Source of the DNA: Raja brachyura
Lineage: Eukaryota
Assembly (NCBI GenBank): GCA_963514005.1
Contig: CAUPSL010000466.1
Location: 1 to 34,736 of the forward strand
DNA length: 34,736 nt
Direction: 5' to 3'
The notes under the pieces were generated by a model, which saw only the letters and a list, made by a program, of their open reading frames with translations, did no database searches and was not told the origin of the DNA. Shown piece after piece: positions 1-12,510 of the stretch; the first letter of the stretch is position 1; each line of letters starts with the position of its first letter. Made by a program: the position numbers and the translations under genes.

Positions 1-150
1 AATCCACGTGTTCGCAGTCGAATCTACCCCATCAGTCAATCGTAGCTGATCTACATTTTCCTCTCAATACCATTCGCCTGCCCTCTCCCCATAACCCTTG
101 ACACACCTACCAATCTTGACTGTCAATCTCGGCCTTCCAAATACATATTT

Positions 151-300
151 TCTGGTTTGTAGATTAATTGGCCCTCAGTAAATCGCTCCCAATGCGTAGG
201 GAGTGATAAGAAAGTGGGCTAGCATAGAACTAATGTCAACGAAATATCGATGAACGCGTGGACGCTGTGGGATAAAGAGCCTTTTCTCTATGCTGTATCT
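151..300 (+). mobile_element. HE1-like V-SINE, 3' half (degraded)
   Basis: GGTTTGTAGATTAATTGGCC...GTAGGGAGTG...AAAGTGGGCTAGCATAGAACTA...ATGCTGTATCT resembles the body and tail of the elasmobranch HE1 SINE. A duplicate lies at ~23090-23240. Confidence 0.65.
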
Positions 301-401
301 TTCAAACAATTTAATCAACCGTTCAAGGTTATTTGACTGTTTTACGTGTTCTCTTTGATCTGGGTCGCCATGCTGACTCAACACCTCCGTCTCTTTCTCA
401 G

Positions 402-630
402 ATGATTCGTCGGTGACGGTCCACCAGACTTTGGAGGCGATGGCCGGATCTCCCGGACAAAAGGTTAGGTGGTGTACTATCGAGGACGGCAATAGCAATC
501 ATGTGATGTACTACTGGTACAGACAATACCCGGGAGGAAGGGGGCAGAGAACCTGTTCTTCTCTTACGTTGCCGATAACGTGCAGAGAGGGGCACCGGTG
601 CAGCCAGAGAGTTTCCATCTGCCAAACAAG
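402..630 (+). pseudogene. TRBV: 3'-truncated TCR V exon (psiV-a1), TRBV30-like family
   Basis: Acceptor ctctttctcAG ends at 401, followed by (D)DSSVTVHQTLEAMAGSPGQKVRWCTIEDGNSNHVMYYWYRQYPG. After a frameshift it reads ENLFFSYVADNVQR...FHL. There is no second Cys and no RSS. The leader would lie upstream of the window. Confidence 0.85.
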
Positions 631-704
631 GTTACACGGATTATGGATCGGACACACACCCCTTCCTTTATTCGGGCCACTCAGAGATGATCTTAGAGCG
701 AAGT

Positions 705-712
705 TCATGTGA
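705..712 (+). promoter_or_regulatory. candidate V promoter element TCATGTGA (E-box)
   Basis: About 60 bp upstream of ATG 774. Identical at 23643-23650. The aligned position upstream of the third leader is TGACGTGA (13717-13724). Confidence 0.35.
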
Positions 713-773
713 GCAGCTTTGTCGATCCTGCCCTCACCGATCTCAAAGCGGAGAGAACTAACTCGGAACAAAG

Positions 774-810
774 ATGCTTCTGATACTGCGTTTGCTCCTC
801 TGCGTCCACT
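774..810 (+). CDS. TRBV: leader (signal peptide) exon of V-b1
   Basis: ATG CTT CTG ATA CTG CGT TTG CTC CTC TGC GTC CAC T|GTGAGT encodes MLLILRLLLCVH plus a phase-1 donor that matches the acceptor ending at 1591. Confidence 0.85.
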
Positions 811-1024
811 GTGAGTGAAAGCGTATAACCTATTCCTTATTTGCTGCCCTCTTCCTTTCTTCTTCGCATTCCATGTATTTGACCTCGTTCCTCCGATAGA
901 TTACGTCTCAATCAATCTTCGTCTCCGCTTCCTCTTCTACTCGGGCTCTTTTTCCCTTTTGCACCAACCCCTCTCCCTCTCCGCTCTCCATCATCTCGTA
1001 TTCATCCTCTTCCTTACCTCCTTA

Positions 1025-1098
1025 GGGAGCGGCACAGTGGCACAGATGCTGCTTCACCGCCGCCACACACCCGGGATCGATTCTGACCTCGGGTGATG
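1025..1098 (+). mobile_element. HE1-like SINE, tRNA-derived 5' head, in the V intron
   Basis: GCGGCACAGTGGCACAG...CCCGGGATCGATTCTGACCTCGGGTG has A-box and B-box-like sequence. Copy at 23963-24038. Confidence 0.65.
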
Positions 1099-1591
1099 CC
1101 GACTAATTAGTACCTCCGCTAGAAATATGCAAATGACCGTCTCCACAGCCGTCTGTGCAATGATTTCCACAGATTCACTGGCTAAAGGGATTCCTCCTCA
1201 TCTACATTTTAAGTATACATCCTTTTATCTGAGTCTGTGCCCCGTGATTCTGCAATCTCGCATTACCCCGAAACGCACCTCATACGTTAACCCTATGATC
1301 TCCGGAATCATTTTCGTTAATCTGCTCTGGATCCTCTCGAACGAACGCATTCCCTTGATCGGACGTGGGACCCATGACTGCTCGAAATATGCGAAATGAC
1401 ACCTCACCAGCGCCGAAAAAAGCCTCAGCATTACCTCGTTAAACAGTGCGTTTCACTAGGACGAACAGTCTATTTTTCTGGCTGTACATTTCAATCAATT
1501 CAGTTAATCCAAGAAAATAATTTTATTTTCTCCCCGTCCTCTTTGCTCCGGGACTCGGTCTTTACTCAACGCCTCCCCGTCTTTTACGCAG

Positions 1592-1890
1592 ATGCAACCT
1601 CGGTGACGGTCCATCAGACTCCGGACGCTCTGTCTGCATCTCCCGACCAGAAGGTGGAGGTGAAGTGTATTGTTAGAGGACGGTAGCAGCAGCAACTATA
1701 GGTATTGGTACAGACAATACCCGGGAGCGGGGACACATATCCTGTTTTCTTCAGCAGGAGAGGGAAAACGTGCAGCCAGATAATTCGGTGGCCGGATTGA
1801 AGGCAGAGAGACCGAACCTCAACGAGTTCTATTTAAAGTCCTCCGTCTTAGAGGCGGATTCGTCGGCCGTGTATTTCTGCGCCTGGTCTA
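1592..1890 (+). pseudogene. TRBV: TCR V exon V-b1, frameshifted as assembled
   Basis: Acceptor ttttacgcAG ends at 1591. The exon is 299 nt versus 297 nt in its paralogue, with an extra T at 1673/1674 and an extra A in 1765-1768; TAG stop at 1684-1686. Otherwise it has Cys, WYRQ and YFCAWS. Confidence 0.85.
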
Positions 1891-1929
1891 CACAGCGACT
1901 CGAAGAAACGAGGGTGACACACAAAAACC
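1891..1929 (+). promoter_or_regulatory. recombination signal sequence, 23-bp spacer
   Basis: Heptamer CACAGCG 1891-1897, 23-nt spacer 1898-1920, consensus nonamer ACAAAAACC 1921-1929. Confidence 0.95.
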
Positions 1930-2148
1930 TCACACATCCTTCCATTGACAATGAGCGCCCCCTCGGGCAGTGAGACCCCTTGTGCTGCTCCCCCCGTCAT
2001 TCTATATTTCTTCCCTTAGATCGTTTCTGTCCTTCATCAAACCTGCAGACCCATGTGCCTACCAAAAAGTATCAAAAACGCTAATATCGTATCTGCCTCC
2101 ACCACCACCCCGACAGCGCACTACTTGCGGAGCTGAGACATACCGAGA

Positions 2149-3030
2149 NNNNNNNNNNNNNNNNNNNNNNNNNNNNNNNNNNNNNNNNNNNNNNNNNNNN
2201 NNNNNNNNNNNNNNNNNNNNNNNNNNNNNNNNNNNNNNNNNNNNNNNNNNNNNNNNNNNNNNNNNNNNNNNNNNNNNNNNNNNNNNNNNNNNNNNNNNNN
2301 NNNNNNNNNNNNNNNNNNNNNNNNNNNNNNNNNNNNNNNNNNNNNNNNNNNNNNNNNNNNNNNNNNNNNNNNNNNNNNNNNNACAGACNNNNNNNNNNNN
2401 NNNNNNNNNNNNNNNNNNNNNNNNNNNNNNNNNNNNNNNNNNNNNNNNNNNNNNNNNNNNNNNNNNNNNNNNNNNNNNNNNNNNNNNNNNNNNNNNNNNN
2501 NNNNNNNNNNNNNNNNNNNNNNNNNNNNNNNNNNNNNNNNNNNNNNNNNNNNNNNNNNNNNNNNNNNNNNNNNNNNNNNNNNNNNNNNNNNNNNNNNNNC
2601 GGGCAGACAGACAGTGCGCTAGAGAGATATAGTTTGGTAGAGATGGAAATTAAATTCATGTAGAGTGAGCAAGAGAGAGAGAGATGTAGGGAGAGATAGC
2701 AATAGCGAAAGATGGAAATAGACGAAATTGAGAAAGCGAGGGGGAGAGCTGAAGAGAGAGATAGTACGTTAGAGATTCAGGGAGAGCAACATGGGTAGAT
2801 AGATAGAAAAACTAATAGACAGATGAATAGGTGGAGGTCAGCACAAACACACGAACAGTCGAAACGATAGAGAGCTGGGCATGTGTTCGGGTGAGGGAGA
2901 TCACGGCGAAGGTCAGCAAGCACATGAGAGATTAAGAGACGATGAAAATAGAGAAAGTTAACGCGGCCAATCCACCGACGATGAATAAGCTTCAGAAATC
3001 TAGACGGAACTAGAGAGGCAGAGTATTCGA
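2149..3030. repeat. N-masked and GA-rich low-complexity tract
   Basis: N runs with an island (acagac), flanked by degenerate (GA)n. N runs sit at the homologous site in copy 2 (25089-25279). Confidence 0.7.
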
Positions 3031-3084
3031 TGGCGGGTGGAAGGAGATTGGTCATAATGATGCAGGGGGCATGTCCGACCCATA

Positions 3085-3775
3085 ATCCGCGAATCCATAT
3101 GCGGAGTATTTTAAGATCCTGGGAACCATCATCTCCTAGGACCTTAAATGGGTGGCTACCATCGATTCCACGGTCAAAAAGGCACAACTTAGGACGTACT
3201 GCCTGCGGCAGCTGAGGAAGCACAAACTACCACAGGCAATGATGCTCCAATGCAATATGGCCATCGTAGAGTCTGTCCTCATCTTTACATCTCGGTCTTG
3301 ATTGGCTCAGCCACCAAGCACGGCATCCAGAGGCCGCAGCGAATCGTCCGATCAGCTGATAAGGTTATTGGCTGCAACCTTCCCTCCATTGAAGAACAGT
3401 ACAGTGCAAGGGCCAGGAAGCGAGCGGGTAAGATCATCTCCGACCCCTCTCTCGGTGGCCACAAACTCATTGAATCACTTCCTTCTGGAACGCGACTCCG
3501 GACTGCCTACGCTGCCACAGCCATACACAAAAACAGCTTGATTTAACGAGTAGCAGCTCTAATCAATACCCGAAAATCTGCAGCCTCCTTTTGCACTGGT
3601 ACTTTATTTAATTCACATGTGTGATCAACAATGTTTTATTATTGATGCTTAATGTTTTATGTGTCATTCCTAACTGTACATCGTTGTCACTTTCGGGCAA
3701 ATTCCATGTATGTGAATGCTTAGCCAATAAAGTTATTCATTTTCATTAATTCATTAATTCATTTATTCATTCATA
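3085..3775 (+). mobile_element. old 5'-truncated Rex1/Babar LINE fragment
   Basis: Translates FKILGTIIS*DLKW...VKKAQLRTYCLRQLRK...QRIVRSADKVIG...RARKRAGKIISDPS. Ends with AATAAA and an (ATTC)n-like tail. Confidence 0.8.
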
Positions 3776-3779
3776 CCCA

Positions 3780-4023
3780 GCTCTCTATGGACCTTCAAGG
3801 AACCATGCACATGTACTCCTAGATCCCTCCGCTCTACAACACTAACCAGAGGCCAACCATTTACTGTATAGGACCTGCCCTTATTCGACGTCCCAAAATG
3901 CAACACCTCACGTTCTCTGAATTGAATACGATCAACCACCCACCTGGCCAATCGATCCGGATCCTGCTGCATTCGTTCACAGCCATCTTCAATAGCTGCA
4001 AAATCAGTAACTTTTGTATCATC
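3780..4023 (-). mobile_element. CR1 RT fragment
   Basis: QQDPDRLARW...EVLHFG...ERRDLGVHVHGSLKV on the minus strand. Confidence 0.8.
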
Positions 4024-4082
4024 ATTTTGAATCCGAATCGGTCAATTCCGCTCTGCCGATCCCCCAACCGCTCTCATGCAAG

Positions 4083-4811
4083 TCCCTTTCCTTCTTTCTC
4101 TATTTCTCTCTTTCTTTCTCTCATTTTTCTCCTTCTCTTTTTCTCTCTTTATCCTACCCACTTTCTATCTTTCTCTCCTTTCTTATTTTTCTCTTTCTCT
4201 CTTTCTCTATATCGCGCTCGCTCTGTCACCCTCCTCTACCCCCCTCTCTCTCTCTTTCATTCTTTCTTTCTTTCTTTCATTCTTTGTTCGTGCTTTCTTT
4301 CAGTGATTCTTCATCTTTCTTCCTTTCTCGCTTTCTTTCTCTCTTTTTTTCTCTCGTTCTTTCTCCCTTTCCCCATCCTCTCTCACTTTCTCTCATGTGT
4401 NNNNNNNNNNNNNNNNNNNNNNNNNNNNNNNNNNNNNNNNNNNNNNNNNNNNNNNNNNNNNNNNNNNNNNNNNNNNNNNNNNNNNNNNNNNNNNNNNNNN
4501 NNNNNNNNNNNNNNNNNNNNNNNNNNNNNNNNNNNNNNNNNNNNNNNNNNNNNNNNNNNNNNNNNNNNNNNNNNNNNNNNNNNNNNNNNNNNNNNNNNNN
4601 NNNNNNNNNNNNNNNNNNNNNNNNNNNNNNNNNNNNNNNNNNNNNNNNNNNNNNNNNNNNNNNNNNNNNNNNNNNNNNNNNNNNNNNNNNNNNNNNNNNN
4701 NNNNNNNNNNNNNNNNNNNNNNNNNNNNNNNNNNNNNNNNNNNNNNNNNNNNNNNNNNNNNNNNNNNNNNNNNNNNNNNNNNNNNNNNNNNNNNNNNNNN
4801 NNNNNNNNNNN
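4083..4811. repeat. CT-rich low-complexity tract and N run
   Basis: Pyrimidine-rich degenerate (CT)n/(CTTT)n followed by Ns. Confidence 0.8.
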
Positions 4812-4920
4812 GAAAATCGAATGTAGACAAAAATGCTGGAGAAACTCAGCGGGTGCAACAGCATCAATGGAGCGAAGGAATTGGGCAACGTTTCGGGCCG
4901 AAACCCTGCTTCAGACTGAT
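4812..4920 (-). mobile_element. Penelope-like pseudo-LTR fragment with degenerate minimal hammerhead motif
   Basis: Same sequence as the pLTR at 30415-30510. Minus strand reads CTGAAGC-AGGGTTTCGGCCC-GAAA-CGTT, with core A9 changed to C. Confidence 0.65.
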
Positions 4921-6590
4921 CAGTCGATAGCATTGTTACATATTCTGATTCACATTTTACCCCCTAGGTAGAGAACACCTTCACTGAACACTTTATGTTT
5001 CATATCTCGACATTACTGATTAAAGTTTAAAAAAATATCAAAATACTGAGTTTTGAACGATCGGCTTCAACTGATGACGTCACAATGGCTAGGCGAGCAG
5101 TGATCAGCTTCCAACACACTTCGATACAAAGTTACAAGGCAGAAAGACAGAAGACAGAAACACTCTGCACTTTTTACATCAATGGGATGTTTCAACATGA
5201 GGGGAAGAGGCAATTGGTATTGCAGTTGGAACTGGTGCGGCAGGCACGGGAAGAGCACTTGGATTTTCTTAAAGTCCACTGCTGAGGGCGACAGGAGAGT
5301 GCTGGAATATTACGTTCAGGGATGGGTTACGTTGCGTTGGGGGAACGGCTGAGTGCTGGAATATTGCGTTGGAAGACCAGACCATTGGGGCAACAGACAT
5401 GTTCTGATTCACATTTTTCATTAAAATCATTAAAATCATTCCTTCCAGCTTCCAACACACTTCGTTGCAATGTTGCGACACAGGAACACGCTGAACTTTT
5501 CACCTTATAGTAGAGGGAGGGCGAATTGCTATTGCTACACGTGGGGGAAGTGCAATTTGATTTTTTTTTCAAAGCCCACGGCTGAGGGAGGTAGTGGAGT
5601 GCTGGAATCATACGTTCGGAAATGGCTTGAGTTGGAGGAACACGTGAGGGGCTACGCGTATGGAAAGGGTGCTTTGGGGGAGCAGACCCAAGGTGTCTGC
5701 ACTTGGTCTAGGAAGATATGCCTATTAAAACTCTGATCGTGTGTATAGGTGTATATGTGTGTGTGTATATGGGTGTGTATATGTGATTGTTTTATATCTT
5801 CGCAAACATACTACGTGGCAACGATTACATTTTTACATGTTCTGATTCACATTTTCCCCTCTAGGCAGAGATGAACAACGCTGAACATATTACGCTTTAT
5901 TTCTCGACTTATTCTCGACGTATTATTGTTTAATGTTTATAAAAATCAAAGGACTTTGAATTTAAAACGGCCAGCTTCCACTGATGACTTCACAATGGCT
6001 CGGCTGCCAGTGATCAGTTTCACTGAAGACCAACTTCAACTGGTGACGTCGCAATGGCTCGGCTAGCAGTGATCAGAATCACTGACGATTTCATTCTACA
6101 TTTTCCAAGTTAGTCACGATTAAAGTTTTATAAATACCAACGTTAACAAGATGTTTTTCTCTTAAACTTCTCCGTCGCAGCTTCCAACACACTTCGATAC
6201 AATGTTACAAGACACAAACCCTCTGAACTTTTCATCTCAATGGGAATTTTCAACAGAAGGTGAAGGGCCAATTCTCTATTGTAGTTGTGACTTCTACGGC
6301 AGGCAGGGACGTGCAATTGTAATGTTTTTAAGTCCACTGCTGAGGGAGGCAGGGGAGTATTGGAATCTTACGTTCGGGAACGGCTTGAGTTGGAGGACCA
6401 CGCCACCCGTGGGAGCTAATGGTAGGGAACGGGCGTTTGGGGGATGCAGACCCAACGGTCTGCTCTTGGTCTGATATTTATAAAAAGTCTGAAGTTGTAT
6501 GTTTGGCTATGTGCGTTTATATGTGTGTGTATATGTGGTTATCTTTAGGTCTTCGCAAAAGCAGTACTCGGTAGCAATTACATTTTTATA
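4921..6590 (+). mobile_element. head-to-tail array of non-autonomous Helitron-like elements (unit 1 ends 5711, unit 2 5712-6473, unit 3 starts 6474)
   Basis: Units end with a hairpin GCAGAC..GTCTGC, ~7 nt, then CTAG (5682-5711; degenerate at 6446-6473). They start with an AT-rich stretch and a GT microsatellite and share internal blocks (GCTTCCAACACACTTCG at ~5107, ~5448, ~6180). Confidence 0.65.
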
Positions 6591-9500
6591 TATTATTTTT
6601 CAAAAATATATTTTTATTGGAAGCAATGCATATTGCTAATGATATAACAGTTTTTCAAATACACATTTAACTTGTTTCAAAAGTTATACAAATATTACGA
6701 AATGATTTATATAAGCTTCGATTTTTTTTAGAAAGTAAAGAAGTAAAAGAATAGGTGTATAATGAACGAAGATGGTGATTAAATAATATTGATTATGAGT
6801 ATTCAAGAAAAAAAAATAATAATAATAAGATAAATTAAAACAATTTAAAAAATTGAAAAAAAACAAACAATAAAAACAAAAATAAAAAATAATACAAGCA
6901 AACGATTATTATATATTTAAAAAAAGATTGAAGTATACATCTTAACAATGAATGGAACAATTTCACATAACAATATCTATAGAGACGTGTATACAAATCT
7001 CAAAATAGATCATTTAATCTAATCCTACAACCGGGATTTATTGAGTTACAATGCTGAGCTCAGCTACCCCTTCAGATAGTCAGTGAATGGAGACCATATT
7101 TGTTCAAAAAGTTCATATTTGTCCATTAGACAAACCTGATTCTCTCCAAATGCAACGTTCTGAACATTTCCACTGTCCACATTTTAATTGTGGGGGATAA
7201 TGTTCCCTTCCAGAATTTTAATATATTTTTTTTTCCAATAATCAAACAGTAATCAAGGAAATTTATTTGATTTACTGTTAATATTAGGTTTGAATCTGAA
7301 ACTCCTAATATTAGGGTTAATATTAATAATAATAAACTTAGGGTCGGGATCCAATTTGATTTTAAGAACTACAGAAATGATTTAAAAAATATCGGTCCAA
7401 AAACTATTAAGTTTTATAATGATACAAAACTATGCGTTAAATTAGCTTCTGTATTCTGACATTTATCACAAATAGAGGAGATGTTAGGAAAAATTCTATT
7501 TAATTTCGTTTTTGAATAATGTAATCTATATAATACTTTGAATTGTATTAAGATATGTCTGGCATTTAACGAACCACGGTGTATACGTTGTAGACATCAT
7601 TCCCAAATATCTTTCATTATAGATAAGCCTGTTTCATTTTCCCATAATTGGCGGCATGATTCTGTTGTTGGAATTTCCCTATTCAAAAGAGTATTAAATG
7701 TATACGCTATTAGTTTTTCTGTATTTGGGTGCTTGTTAAGCAATTCTTCCAGTAATCCTGGTTCTCTATTTTTATAGTCTTGCATGTTTGACTTAATACA
7801 GTCTCTGATTTGTAAGCACCTAAACAAGTTATTTGGATGCAATCCATAGATATCTTTTAACTCTTGAAATGAGAGAAAGTTTCCTTTCCTGTAAAGGTGT
7901 TCTATCCTTATAATTCCTAAATGTTTCCATTGTCTAAACCCCTTATCCAATATAGAGGGTTTAAATAAAGGATTATTCATAATTGGTAAGCAAAGCGACA
8001 TATTATCGAAATGTAGAGTCTTAACTATTTGTTTCCAAATACGTCTATTGCTATAAATTATATCCGCTCTATCGCTTCCTTCAACGTCTATTGCTATAAA
8101 TTATAGGGTTTTCTCTATACATTTGTTTGTACTTCCCTTGGAGCAAAGAGAATCGAACATATCAAAAGGTAAACGTCCTTGGGGGAGTGTTTGCTAGTGC
8201 TGTCGGGGAGGATTTAAACTAATGTGGCAGGGGGATGGGTACAAGAGCAGAGAGGCAGGTGGGTATAAACGAGGGTGGAGGCAATAGGGAGCAAGGTGAA
8301 AAGTAAAAGTGGCAGGCAGACAAAACCAGGGCAAAAATCAAAAAGGGGCACTTCTCAACAAAATTGTATAAGGGGTAAGAGCGTTGTAAAAATAAGCCTG
8401 AAGGCTTTGTGTCTCAATGCAAGGAGTATTCGTAATAAGGCGGATGAGTTGAACGTGCAGATAGCTATTAATGAGTATGATATATTTGGGATCACGGAGA
8501 CATGGCTCCAGGGTGACCAAGGCTGGGAGCTGAACATCCAGGGATATTCTATATTCAGGAGGGATAGAGAGAAAGGAAAAGGAAGTGGGGTAGCGTTGCT
8601 GGTTAGAGAGGAGATTAACGCAATGGAAAGGAAGGACATGAGCTTGGAGCATGTGGAATCGGTATGGGTGGAGCTGCGAAACACTAAGGGGCAGAAAACG
8701 CTAGTGAGAGTTGTGTACAGGCCACCTAACAGTAGTAGTGAAGTTGGGGATGGTATCAAACAGGAAATTAAAAATGCGTGCGACAAAGGCAAAACAGTTA
8801 TAATGGGTGACTTCAATCTACATATACATTGGGTGAATCAAATTGACAGGGGCGCTGAGGAAGAGGATTGTTTGCAAAGTATGCGGGATAGTTATCTAAA
8901 TCAACATGTAGAGGAACCAACGAGAGAGCAGGCCATTTTAGACTGGGTAGTGAGTAATGAGGAAGGGATAGTTATCAGTCTTATTGTGCGTGCTCCCTTG
9001 GGCAAGAGTGACCATAATATGGTCGAGTTCTTCATTAGGATGGAGAGTGACATTGTTAATTCAGAACCAATGGTTCTGAACTTAAGGAAAGGTAACTTTG
9101 AGGGTATGAGACGTGAATTGGCCAAGATTGACTGGCAATCAATTCTAAAAGGGTTGACGGTTGATACGCAATGGAAGACATTTAAAGACTGCATGGATGA
9201 ACTACAAAAATTGTTCATCCCAGTTTGGTAAAAGAATAGATCAGGGAAGGTAGTGCATCCGTGGGTAACAAGGGAAATCAGGGATAGTATCAAAGCAAAG
9301 GATGATGCGTACAAAGTAGCCAGAAAAAGCAGCATACCAGAGGACTGGGAGACATTCAGAGACCAGCAGAGGAGGACAAAGGGCTTGATTAGGAAAGGAA
9401 AAATAGATTATGAAAGAAAACTGGCAGGGAATATAAAAATTGACTGCAAAAGTTTTTATAGATATGTGAAGAGAAAGAGATTAGTTAAAACAAATGTAGG

Positions 9501-12500
9501 TCCCTTGCAGTCAGAAACAGGTGAGTTGATCATGGGGAACTAGGATATAGCGGACCAATTGAATAACTACTTTGGTTCCGTCTTCACTAAGGAAGACATA
9601 AATAATCTGCCGGAAATAGCAGGGGACCGCCGGTCAAAGGAGGACTTGAGTGAAATCCAGGTTAGACGGGAATTGGTGTTGTGTAAATTGAATGGATTAA
9701 AGGCCGATAAATCCCAGGGCCAGATAGGCTGCATCGCAGAGTACTTAAGGAAGTAGCTCCGGAAATAGTGGATGCATTAGTGATAATCTTTCAAAACTCT
9801 TTAGATTCTGGAGTAGTTCCTGAGGATTGGCGGATAGCAAACGTAACCCCTCTTTTTAAGAAGGGGGGGGGAGAGAGAAAACGGGGAATTACAGACCAGT
9901 TAGTCTAACATCGGTAGTGGGGAACTGCTAGAGTCAGTTATTAAAGATGGGATAGCAGCACATTTGGAAAGTGGCGAAATCATTGGACAAAGTCAGCATG
10001 GATTTACGAAAGGTAAATCAGGTCTGACGAATCTTGTGGATTTTTTCGAGGATGTAACTAGTAACGTGGATAGGGGAGAACCAGTGGATGTGGTGTATCT
10101 GGACTTCCAGAAGGCTTTCGACAAGGTCCCACATAACAGATTAGTATATAAACTTAAAGCATACGGCATTGGGGGTTCAGTATTGATGTGGAGAGAGAAC
10201 TGGCTGGCAAACAGGAAGCAAAGAGTAGGAGTAAACGGGTCGTTTTCACAATGGCAGGCAGTGACTAGTGGGGTACCGCAAGGCTCAGTGCTGGAGCCCC
10301 AGCTATTTACAATATACATAAATGATCTGGATGAGGGAATTGAAGGCAATATCTCCAAGTTTGCGGATGACACTAAGCTGGGGGGCAGTGTTAGCTGTGA
10401 GGAGGATGCTAGGAGACTGCAAGGTGACTTGGATAGGCTGGGTGAGTGGGCAAATGTTTGGCAGATGCAGTATAATGTGGATAAATGTGAGGTTATCCAC
10501 TTTGTTGGCAAAAATAGGAAAACAGACTATTACCTAAATGGGGGCCGATTAGGAAAAGGGGAGATGCAGCGCGACCTGGGTGTCATGGTACACCAGTCAT
10601 TGAAAGTAGGCATGCAGGTACAGCAGGCAGTGAAGAAAGCGAATGGTAAGTTAGCTTTCATTGCAAAAGGATTTGAGTATAGGAGCAGGGAGGTTCTACT
10701 TCAGTTGTATAGGGTCTTGGTGAGGCCAAACCTGGAGTATTGCGTACAGTTCTGGTCTCCAAATCTGAGGAAGGACATTATTGCCATAGAGGGAGTGCAG
10801 AGAAGGTTCACCAGACTGATCCCTGGGATGTCAGGACTGTCTTATGAACAAAGACTGCATACACTCGGTTTATACTCTCTAGAATTTAGGAGATTGAGAG
10901 GGGATCTTATAGAAACTTACAAAATTCTTAAGGGGTTGGACAGGCTTGATGCAGAAAGATTGTTCCCGATGTTGGGGAGGTCCAGGACAAGGGGTCACAG
11001 CTTAAGGGTAAGGGGGAAATCCTTTAGGACCGAGATGAAAAGTTTTTTTTTCACACAGAGAGTGGTAAGTCTCTGGAACTCTCTGCCACAGAGGGTAGTT
11101 GAGGCCAGTTCATTGGCTATATTTAAGAGGGAGTTAGATGTGGCCCTTGTGGCTAAGGGGATCAGAGGGTATGGAGAGAAGGCAGGTACGGGATACTGAG
11201 TTGGATGATCAGCCATGATCATATTGAATGGCGGTGCAGTCTCGAAGGGCTGAATGGCCTACTCCTGCACCTAATGTCTATGTTTCTATGTAAACAGTCC
11301 TCCTTTTCCATTTGAAACCAACCTGGTTCCTGATCCATATTTATCAACCAAAAAATCATATTCTTAATCTGAACCGCTCAAAAATAATATAAAAAATTCA
11401 TGTTTTTTTACTTATTCTATGACTTTTATAATCCCAAATAAAGCTATTAGCGATAGAATCGATTTTTTAAAAAAAGTTTTAGAGAGGTATAAAGGGATAG
11501 ATTGAAATAAATATAATAATTGTGGTAGAAAAATCATTTTCATACCATTTATGCTGCCGATCATTGATATTGGTACTGTTTTCCAATGTAGAATATTCTT
11601 TTTTAGTTTGTTCAATAATTGTGGATAATTTGATTTCAATAAAGAATTATAAGATTTAAATACATTAATACCTAGATATTTAATTTTGTCCCTAACTATT
11701 TTCAATGGGAATTGTTGTTATATATGTTATTTAATTCTAGTTATACGCATAATTTCACTTTTATTCCAATTAATTCTATATCCTGAAAATGGACCAAATT
11801 TAGTTATAACATTTAGTCAATTAGGAATACTAATCTCCGGTTTCGTAATGTATATTAAGACATCATCTGCATATAAAGATATTTTATTCGTTGTGGTATT
11901 GGTATTATATCCATATATTTCTGGGTCTGATCTAATCTTTTCGGCTAATGGTTCTATTGCAAGAACAAATAATAAAGGTGATAACGGACATCCTTATCTG
12001 CAACCACTAAAGATATTACATTTTGCTGATAACATTTGATTTGTTAGTATTCTTGCTGTTGGGTTAGAATATAACTTTTTAACCCATTTACAAAATATAT
12101 CACCTAGTTGAAATTTCTGCATTATCTTAAATAAGTAAGGCCATTCAACCTGATCGAATGTTTTTTTCCGCATCAAGGGATATGACAGCTAATTCAATAT
12201 CATTAACTCTTTTTGAATATATGATATTGAATAGACGTCTCAAGTTATAAGTGGAATAACGTTTGGGAATAAAGCCTGTTTGATCATGATGTATTAATTT
12301 ATTAATCACTAAACTTAACCTTTGGGGTAAGATTTTAGTTAATATTTTTTGATCAGTGTTTAAAAGAGCAATTGCTCTATATGATCCAGGATCTCCCAGA
12401 TCCTTATCTACTTTAGAAATTAGTGTAATTGTGGGCTCATTTAAAGTTTCTGGTAACTTTGCTTGTTCGTAAGCGTATTTATATATTGTTTGTAAACGTG

Positions 12501-12510
12501 GGGAAATCAA
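6590..12510 (-). mobile_element. 5'-truncated L1, minus strand, interrupted by a CR1
   Basis: RT pieces (LISPRLQTIY...DPGSYRAIALLNTDQKIL...DQTGFIPKR; KIKYLGINV) and a C-terminal piece (NNPLFKPSILD) clearly homologous to the L1 at 14323-20429. Reverse-strand polyA signal at ~6613-6618. Confidence 0.9.
8175..11289 (+). mobile_element. CR1 (HER1-like) LINE: end of ORF1 plus disrupted ORF2 (APE endonuclease and RT)
   Basis: ORF1 tail VLGGVFASAVGEDLN*. EN: LNARSIRNK, ITETWL, VYRPP, MGDFN, SDHN (8275-9231). RT: YLDFQKAFDKV, SGVPQGSVL, KFADD (9964-11199). Octamer-repeat tail. TSD GTAAAC at 8169-8174 and 11290-11295. Confidence 0.95.

Larger units (their letters stand above)
1..4023 (+). repeat. segmental duplication, copy 1 (pairs with 22940-29853)
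   Basis: Colinear high identity from position 1 = 22940 through psiV, leader, V, RSS, GA-rich tract, old Rex1 and CR1 fragment. The copies diverge after ...cttttgtatcatc (4023/29853). Confidence 0.95.

Noticed and set aside
1033-1039. Consensus heptamer CACAGTG as a cryptic RSS (also 23971-23977)
   Set aside because: It is part of the SINE head, and no nonamer-like sequence follows at 12 or 23 bp.
1025-1098. tRNA gene
   Set aside because: Degenerate tRNA-derived SINE head with no intact cloverleaf.
3898-4971. Long hydrophobic F/L/S-rich ORFs
   Set aside because: Translation of CT-rich low-complexity DNA and N runs.
8041-8105. CRISPR-like repeat-spacer-repeat
   Set aside because: Only two repeats, inside a vertebrate L1, with no cas genes.
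8338-11222. Several long minus-strand ORFs
   Set aside because: Antisense shadows of the CR1 ORF2.
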